From the NCBI GenBank assembly GCA_033442325.1, contig JAWQFM010000021.1, positions 14,290 to 78,289 on the forward strand: 64,000 bases of DNA, in the 5' to 3' direction. The stretch comes from Salpingoeca rosetta. Lineage: Eukaryota > Protista > Choanoflagellata. Positions within the stretch are counted from its first letter, which is position 1. The number at the start of each line of letters is the position of its first letter. The notes beneath the pieces were generated by a model that saw only the letters and a program-made list of their open reading frames with translations, made no database searches and was not told where the DNA came from. Position numbers and translations under genes: made by a program. Positions 54,881-64,000 of this stretch are shown one piece after another.

Positions 54881-57228
54881 CAACAACAACAACAACAACA
54901 TCATCACTATCAGCCACGCCAGGTACAGCGTTGAAGGGCCCTGCTCGCTTGTTACTGAAACCGCACGCGTCGTTCGTGTATGTGCGTGGGGTTGGCGCCG
55001 CCTACAGAACAGGCGACATTGCACGCACGTGTTCCAGCGACGACCAAGACAATGACGGTGACGAAGACCAGCATGGTGGTGGAAGACGTCTGGTGGACGG
55101 GAGGGCGAATGGCACCATCACCAACAGCAGCAGCAGTACCAGCACCACCAGCAGCAACAACAATAACCACGACAACCACAGCAGCAAAGATGCATCCGCC
55201 AGCAGCAGCAGCACCACCACCGCTGCCAGTGAGTGTGGGCGACTGCAGCTACTTGGCCGGGTGGACTGGCAGGTGAAGTTGCTTGGGCGACGTGTGGACC
55301 TGTGCGGGCTTGAATCGCAATACAAACAGCATTTGGCGCCAGCAGTGGATGCCGTGGCAATCACTGCCGCCAACCAGTGGCTGTTGTGCTGGGTCACACC
55401 AGCAAACGAGCACCACGTGGATACACATGTGTCCACGTGCCGGACTGACGGCGGTGGCGATGGGGTGGACACGTGCCCCCACGGCCTCCCGACAGCACCG
55501 CAACCCCGTCCTGGCGGCAACACAATGGCACTGCATGCAGGGCACGGCGGCACAGCGCAATCGTGTCGAAGGTGTGAGCTGCTGCGGTCAGCGTGTCTGT
55601 TTGTGTTGCGAGCACACATGCCCTCGTACCTTGTTCCCAGAACGATGACGTGCATTCGCACGTTTCCGACCACCTCATCAGGCAAGCTTGCACGCAAGCA
55701 TCTCTGGCGTGCGCAATCCCGTCTTTACCCGGCGCTGTCACCATCACCATCCTCCACATCATCATCATCATCATCATCTCGACCTGATCAGGCTTGCATG
55801 ACATCGGCTGCTGGTGTGGATACGCGGCTGGACACACCTCTGCAACAGCTGATTGCGGATGTGCTGAGTCAGCATTTACCTGTGCCGATGCAATCACCGC
55901 ACGACACATTCGCACAGCTCGGGGGCGATTCCCTGCGCGCCGTTCGCGCCGTGCACGCGCTGCTGGCAGAGATCAACACCAGGCACCACAGCAACGGCAG
56001 TACCAGCACCACCACCACCACCAGCAGCAGCAGCAACAACAGCACGAGCGATGGGGGTGGTATTGGTACGTTTGCTGAACGCGCTGCCATTGCACCCGCT
56101 GTTGTGCTGACATCAACGATTGTGGAGCTGGAGCAAGCCGTGATTGCCGCATTCCCAGATATGGCTCCACTCAACGACTGCAATGACGATGACGATGCTG
56201 ATGGTGGTGTTGATGGCGTGCAGGCGCACAGGGATTCGAGCGGAACAGGCAGCACAAACGGCAGCAGACACCACCCCACCCCCATGACCACTTCACTCAA
56301 TGGTGCGCGGGAGCGTGAGACGCGGCGGCTGCTTGCTTGGGCTGCAGAGAGCAACGACACGGCCGTGATGCAGCTGCTGATACGTGCTGCGCATGGTGGC
56401 GCGACGCCTCTCATGCGCCGCAGGTGTTTGGCTGTCGCCTATGCCGTTGCTTGCAGGCACGGGAGCGATGGCGTGGTGCGCCTCCTCAACCCGCACGTGA
56501 GGTTGGCAGATGTGTGTGAGCACGGATGTACCCCGTTCACGAGCGGCCATACCACCAGCGCCAGCACAGCGAGTGGTACAGCCAGTGACATGAGCGCTGG
56601 CGACAGCACGAGTAACGGCAGCATGATGGCAAATGGTGCTGGCACGGACAGGCCAACACAGCAGCGCCCACTGCACCTGGCGTGCGGGTCGGGGAGTGAA
56701 GCAACAGTGCGGGCAGTGCTGTGCCATCCCGACACGCGCGGCGGCGATGATGCTGTGCGCAGGGACGGAGATGGGATGACTGCGGTGCACCATGCAGCGA
56801 GGGGTGGGGCAGGCACGCGGCTGCTGCAGCTGCTGCTGTCACAAGAGATGAGCAAGAAGGGCAAGGCGACAAGGCAAGCAGCGGCATCGCGCAACAAAGG
56901 CAGCAAGGCTACCAAAGGCGCACACCAGAAGCGCAGTGGTGGCACGTGCACTGTCGGGGACGTGTGTCTGCACATGCGAGACGCGTGGGGACGAACACCG
57001 CTGCACTGGGCGGTCGTGAACGGCCACCGCACGGCCGTGTGTGCACTGCTGGACCATGGGGCCGATGCAACAGCGCGCGACGCAGCTGACGAAACGCCAC
57101 TCATGATTGCAGAGCGCCGGGCGCAGTGCAGGGCAGCGGACCGCGGTGGCCTCCGCCCATCTGTCTTTGGCGACATTGCCACCCTGCTTGGCGGCTCGGG
57201 CAAGACTGTCAAGCTTGCAAGCACCTGA
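52472..57228 (+). CDS. NRPS-like monomodular protein: adenylation domain, PCP/thiolation domain, ankyrin repeats (AASDH-like A domain); interrupted by a 435-bp duplication
   Basis: A-domain cores [58 protein letters not shown] and [11 protein letters not shown] motif FAQLGGDSL (Ser codon 55930-55932). Ankyrins [29 protein letters not shown] and ETPLMIA. One in-phase intron near 52632-52914. Confidence 0.88.
54041..54875. repeat. Direct tandem duplication (offset 435 bp) within the NRPS-like ORF
   Basis: 54041-~54438 recurs from 54476; the junction contains a TAG at 54457-54459. Confidence 0.95.
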
Positions 57229-57230
57229 GC

Positions 57231-57294
<64 letters not shown>

Positions 57295-57373
57295 CGGGTA
57301 CACTCGCCCACTTCTGCCCTGACTAAACGGTCTGTTTATTGTATTCGATCACAAAAGTAGTACACGGCGGTTG

Positions 57374-59411
57374 CTATTGTGTTGCCACGTGGCGTCGTCT
57401 CAGCCTCTTCTTCTGCCCCTCTGATGCCACGCCAGAAGCACCACCTTCATCGTCATCGTCACGTTGACCACTCTGCCCATACACTTCTCCACCATAACCG
57501 CCACCTTCATTGTCACGATCAGCACCGTTTCCACTACCGTCACCGCCACCATCACCAGCAGCGTCACCACTGCCACCATCAGCGCCATCGCCGCCGGTTT
57601 GGTGCTTCTCTTCGTGCGTGTGCTCGTAACTGAACCCGAATTCATTCACGCGGGATTTGTCCACGGGATACAACCTGCACGCAAACAGAGCAGGGCACAG
57701 CGGTGTCAGTTACAAGAGGATACAGTGGTGCTTATGCGTGCGCTGATTGTGTGTGTGTGTTTGTTTGTTTGTGTGTGTGTGTGTGTGTGTTTGTGTTCTG
57801 CTCATGTGCGGGTTTGTCTGTCTGTGTGTGGTTTCTGTAGTTTTGTTTCTTGTATGCACATGTGCGTGGATGCATGTACGTGTGTGCTCGCACGCGTGTG
57901 CGCACCAGCGCTGGTAGAGATAGACGATGAAGACGACGTCATCGCGCAGACAGGCGAGGCGGTGGGCGGTGGGCATGGCGATGATGAATGAAAACACATC
58001 GTCGATAAACGTGTTGAACGCCTGCCACGAAACAACACCAAAGGAAAACGGATCAAAACGCAGTCACGAGTGAGCATGGATGCAAGGGTGTGGGGTCACA
58101 CAACGGCACAACAAGCCAAGCACATGAGACAAACGACTCCAAAACAACCCACACCTACGACAGTACGCATGCATCATGTGTGTGCACCATATGAGCACGA
58201 CACGCAATGAATACAATGGTGGGTCTCACCTTGTACATGAGAGCACGCCAGGGCAGGTGCGCCACAGACTTGAGTTTGTAGTTGATGAACAGCTGCGGCG
58301 TCATGAAGATGAACCCAAACACATACACGCCTGCACGTGCGGATGTGTGTGTGTGTGTGTGCATATGTGTGTGTGCGTATGTGTCGTTAGAGGCACGTCG
58401 ATGGAGGTATCATCCCTCGGTGCATTCGAGCATGAGAAAAACGTAAAGCATCAGCGGCTGATTGCAGTGCAGTTGTCGCCCTCACACAGCGGCACCTTTT
58501 GCGAGGGATGCAAGTGCCCAGCTGTACCAGCTCCTGTGGGGCGTGTACACGAGCGAGTACGCGGCAAACGCCAAGGCAATCGGCGCAAGGGCCTAAAACA
58601 CGGACGCCAGCAAGCACACACACACGCGCGCGAGGAACGCCAAGAAGGCACAGACGTGACGCCCATGGGCGGATTGAGTGTGAATGCGAGCGTTCATGTG
58701 GTTGCTTGTTCATGTGCGTGTGTGTCTGTGTCTGTGTGTCTGTGTGTGTGTATGTGTGTGTGTGTGTGTCTGTGTGTGTGTGTGTGAGTTCCTATTGCAT
58801 GTGTGTGTCTGTGTGTGAGTTCATGTTGCATGTGTGTGAGTTCCTGTTACATGTGTGTGTGTGTGTGTACAGAGGTGTGCGCAACTGACCCATCCGAGAT
58901 ATCGCATGGCCAGCGCGTCGTACTCGTCCGTCTTGAGCTCGAGCGATGGTTCAGACGAGTCATCAACGCTGCTGCTGCTGCCACTGCTGTCCGTGGTGTG
59001 GTGTCGCAGGACCTTCATCGCCTGCACAGTGGTTTTGTGTGAGGGGTGCGAGTGAGGGAAGTGAGGGAAGGGAACAAGGGGGCAAAGAAGCCCTACGTGC
59101 TTGTTGTGATGCAGGCACCACGCACGTTCCCCAGCACACCGAACATACGACCCACCACCACGAGTCGCACCTTCCAGCCCTCAACGAGGACCGAAAATCC
59201 GGTCACTCCCAGAATGATCATCGACGTCTGCGCATGTGTCAACCACACGACACGCACATGATGCACGCATGGTTGAGCGTCGTGTTGAATGCATCATTTG
59301 AACAACATCAAACACGTGCACACATGTCACGGAGCACACATGACCACACGTACACACGCAAGCGCGCATCTTGTACGTGCGTTTGTGTGCGTATGTGTGC
59401 GTGTGTGCGTA

Positions 59412-59446
<35 letters not shown>

Positions 59447-60225
59447 GTGTGTGTGTGTGTGTGTGCGCGTGTGTGTGCGTGCGTGCGTGTGTGTCTGTGT
59501 CTATGTGTGCGTGTGCGTGCGTGTCTTGTGGTCACACCTGCTGCGAATCAAGGAGGTAGAGAAAGATGATGACGGTGGAGGCAAACTGGAACATCACTGC
59601 GCGCCGCGACAGCCCAGCAAAGTGCTGATGCAGCAAGCACAAGTGCACGCACGGTGATGGTGAGTGAGGGCGAGTGATGACGAGTGATGGTGTTTGGCTT
59701 CAGCGATGCGAACGCCAAGTGGATGCACTGCCAATTCACACAACGCTGCTGTCACGAACCTTGCGCCCGCGCCAGAAGCCAATGTCGTTCTACAGGTGTG
59801 AATTGGAAAGAGAGCACGCAAAATGATGAGATGGATGCGATTTGAAAATAGGTGCTCATGCACGCCGGAATACACGCGCACGTACACTCACACACCCACA
59901 CGCATGCGCATACACATACATTTACACATACACATGCATTTACACATACACATACACATACACGCACGCACACACGCACAGGCATACACGCATGCACACA
60001 CGCACGCACACGCACACACACACGCATACATGCACAAACACACATACACACACGCACGCACGCATACATACACACAACCCCCCAAACTCTGCGACTGACC
60101 TTGAAGGCGAGGTAGTCGAAGATGAGGTGTAGGATGGTGATAGCATACGTGATGCCGAGCACAGAGAGGCTGTTGTTGAGGAACAGCGCCTTCACGTCAT
60201 CAATGTCCTGTCGCCGACGACACGC

Positions 60226-60259
<34 letters not shown>

Positions 60260-61461
60260 GCAGCAGCCCGAGTCGAAGAACAGCGCGTGGAAGGTGACGT
60301 GACAGGCGTTTGTGCATGGTTGAGCAGTGCATTTGGGTCGTTCTTCCAAGCAAGGCAAGCTCCCTGTATCACGTGTCAACGAAAACACTAAATGTGTTCC
60401 CTTCCCTCCCTCTCCATGTCATTCCCTTCTCTCCCTCTCCATCCCACAACCGCCTTCACATCCATGACTGCACCAACCTTGTCTGTGAAGCCGAGGGTGT
60501 GCCGGAGTTGCCCCAGTCCCTGATTGACTGTGATCACCAGCCGGTACAGCCCTATGCTCGTTGGCCGGAACGTAAAGGTGAACGTGGCGTTGCCTCGCTG
60601 CCCGCTCTCATCGCGCGTCACCGCATCGTCGAGTGGCTGGTACGGGGGGCGGCAGTGAGGCGAGGGAGGGGCATGTTGGTGAGGATGTGGGCAGATAAAG
60701 TGATACAGCTCAAGCGCACGCCGAGCCACAATCCTGCGACGCGAACAAGCAAACGCACACAAACGCACATACACACACGCACAAACAAAAACAAATACGG
60801 TGGCGAGCGAACACACCCGCCAGTCTCTGCGGGAGACGAGGAGGTCGGCAATGTCGACGACGGGGTGATATGTCTTGTATCGGACCAGCTTGAGCGGGAC
60901 AGGAAGAACACGGATATCGTACGCCTGGACAAACACACACACACACACACACATAGGCATGCACGCACGATGCATGTCAGGGCGGTAACAATGGCACCAT
61001 AGCCAGACCAGCATGCCTTATGCACATCAATCCACAACAACCACAACATGAACCCACGCCATCCCGCCGCCGCCGCCATCGATGCCACTGTCACTGTCGC
61101 CGCAACAAGCTGCACAATACGTACCGTGTCGTCCGGCACATACATGAGCGTGACGTGGTCGCGCAGGTGGTTCTGCGGCTGCAGGGGCGTGTGATCATCG
61201 CTCCTCGCGCTGCTGTCATCATCACCACCACCACGTGGTCCTTTTTGGCTTGTCGTGTGACTGGCACCATCACCAGCCCCTGTATCACCGCTTGTGTTGC
61301 CGGCGTCGTCTTCGCCGCTGAGGAGCAACTTCCCGCGTTCCAACGGCACGAGGTGTCGCGTCAGTGGCGAGCGCGCATACAGCACATTGTCCTTGTCATA
61401 CCCCGGTGTTCCTGGCACAATGCTATGACCTGCAAGCAAGCAAACACATGTGCGAGCGTGA

Positions 61462-61549
<88 letters not shown>

Positions 61550-62237
61550 TATGTGTGCGTGTGTGCGTGTGCGTGTGTACGTGTGTGACTGCAGTAAACT
61601 GGAGGGTTGTGGGACCCATCACGGCGCGCAACAGCCAGTACTCACCAGCCTTGGTGATGAACACGTGCGAGTAGATGGTGGCGTTGTTGAATATGGCACG
61701 AGGAGGGCTGAACACAACGTCCCTGCAAGAACAAAAGCAAGTGGGCGGGACACAGCAGAGTGATGTGAGTGCAGGAGCTGCAAACACGCAAGGGTTGTGC
61801 ATCGTGTGCGTGTGATGATGCATGGAGTGGAGTGCAAGTGGCAGCAAACAATGAAAATGTGCACTGCAGCAAGTGCTGTGATCCAGTGTGTGCTGGAAGC
61901 AAAATCGCTGACTGGCGCGCATGTGTGAAGCATGAACGTACTCGGAGAATCCGGCGTTTGGAGAAACGTTGGTGAAGCGAGCCACCGCCTTGTTGAGCCC
62001 ATCCACGGTTGTCACCTTCTTCTTTGGCCCAGCGCTCACAAAAACCTGCCGGGACGGACAGCGAAAGAGAAAACGCACGCACATTCATCCAACACATACG
62101 TTGTTAGCGCAGATGTGGTGTGACACAGATGCATGTATCCACTCACTCGCACACGGTCACACACTCACTCACAGCTGCACACACACACACACACTCACTC
62201 ACTCACAGCTGCGCACACACACACACACACACACACA

Positions 62238-62328
<91 letters not shown>

Positions 62329-62496
62329 CAAAACCACACTGACGTAAATATCCAGGAGCTGGTCTTGGGCAAAGTGGGGCGTGACACAGTGGGCGTTGGG
62401 GCCACCACAGGGCTGCGGCACAACCACTTGATACAGCACGCTCGCCGTAAACGCGAGGTATGCCGCAATGGCGACCACCACCACCGCATACAACAT
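57374..62496 (-). CDS. CLPTM1L: CLPTM1-family membrane protein, CLPTM1L-like (multi-exon)
   Basis: Exons encode [88 protein letters not shown] and [12 protein letters not shown]. Confidence 0.92.
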
Positions 62497-62580
62497 CTCC
62501 GCTTCAACTTTGTCCTGCTGCTGGCTGGTCGTCTTGGTTGTTGGCGATTGGTGGGAATCGTTGGTTAATTTTCCACAAGG

Positions 62581-63670
62581 ATGCAGCGTGCGGCGAGAAC
62601 AACAGCGGCGGCAGTGGTGGTGGGTCGACAGCGTGGTGCTGTGGTGGCACGGCACATGTTCTCGCTACATGTCCACACCTCCTCGCAGCAGAGCAACGGC
62701 GGCGGACAAATGGCCACCACAACGTGCTTGGGATGTGCGCACCTGCGTGGGGCCTCTCTATCGTGGCAGGTTCGGCGCGGGCTGGCATCGCAGCGACCCC
62801 TGCACCAGCAACTTGCAACCTCACAGCGTGGGCTTGGGCCGCGTGCAAGCCTGACTTCTTCAACGCGGGCATCATCGCAGCTGCAGCAGCAGCTCGATCG
62901 CACCCTTTTGCACGCTTCTTCCGTCACTGCGCCACTTTCAGCGCAGCGTGAACAGTGCCACGAGCAGCAAGAGACTGGCGATGCAAGACACCATGCTGAT
63001 CAACGTCGCGGGACAGCTCCATCCCCTGCACCGTTGACAACGGCATCGGACATGTCACGCAGGCAACTGAAGCGCGTTCGCAAGCAATTGAAACAACACG
63101 TAGAATCTGGGCAGTACGATCGTGTTGTGGCATTTGTGCGCGCCCTGGTGCGCTCCCTACTTGAAGGCGCTGGCCGTGGCGGGCACGCCCAAAACACAGC
63201 CACTGGCACAGCCGCCGACGCAGCCGCGCGCACAGGTGGCGGCAGCAACCATGGTACCGTCAATCGTGCTGACAGCTCCCATACTCCACGCCACCGGGTA
63301 GCACACAGCACAGAACAACAGAGGCAGCCGCGACAGCCGCGACAGCGAACCCTTGATGGCCCCTCGATGTGCATGGTGGTTGAGGCGATGACAGCGGCGC
63401 TAGATGTGCGGGAAGTGCTGGAACTGACAACGCAGCTGCGTGCAACCAACCACGCCTTCCCGCGCCAGGCGCCAGCGGTATTTATTGAACAGCTGATGCG
63501 CAAGCACTTTGCTCGCACTCCCCACGCCCACAACGACAATGTCTCGGATGACTACGACGATGATGGTGCTACAAGCCGGGATGGTCGTGACGACCAGACG
63601 ATGCCCACGTCGCAACCTCCACACTCCCCAGACGGTGCCACAAACACCTTTTTCAGCCATCAGCACGATC

Positions 63671-63758
<88 letters not shown>

Positions 63759-63780
63759 CCAACAACAACACCAACAACAA

Positions 63781-63818
<38 letters not shown>

Positions 63819-64000
63819 ACACACAAGCGACTCACACCCGAGACCGCCATCGCCTCCTCCATCCCCGTCATCAGCTGCACCACAGCGCTGGACAAGGCAC
63901 CCAATAACAGCAACAGCAGCAGCAGCACCTGCAATGCGGGGGCGCGATGCCGTGTCGCTGTTCCTCGAGTTCCGCCGCTTGACCGGCACCACGCTGAGCG
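62581..64000 (+). CDS. 5'-part of an unknown protein with Arg/Ala/Ser-rich N-terminus (possible mitochondrial presequence) and long polyQ; runs off the window
   Basis: Frame from ATG 62581 (MQRAARTTAAAVVVGRQRGAVVARHMFS...) appears open to the window end; CAA/CAG tract at ~63670-63819. Confidence 0.65.

Overview
Intron-rich, GC-rich eukaryotic DNA whose introns are packed with (CA/TG)n microsatellites. This style and the gene content best fit a choanoflagellate such as Salpingoeca (inference, not a database result). Most short ORFs in the track are microsatellite noise. Manual exon stitching supports, in order: a possible spliced orphan transcript (-), a solitary 5S rRNA gene (+), a thimet oligopeptidase/neurolysin M3 peptidase (-), a CSPP1-like gene (-) head-to-head with FANCD2 (+), an M6PR/ATG27-like sorting receptor (-), a TSP1-repeat single-pass receptor with a Tyr-rich tail and degenerate C-terminal SH2 (-), a low-complexity C2H2 zinc-finger protein (+), a class I PI3K catalytic subunit (-), an AASDH-like NRPS-type adenylation-PCP-ankyrin protein (+), CLPTM1L (-), and the 5' part of a polyQ protein (+). 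The strongest novelty candidate is the PI3K, which carries its own SH2 domain apparently inserted inside the adaptor-binding domain plus a DEP domain. The A-T-ankyrin enzyme and the receptor-SH2 protein come next. Several local duplications and lesions look like assembly artefacts.
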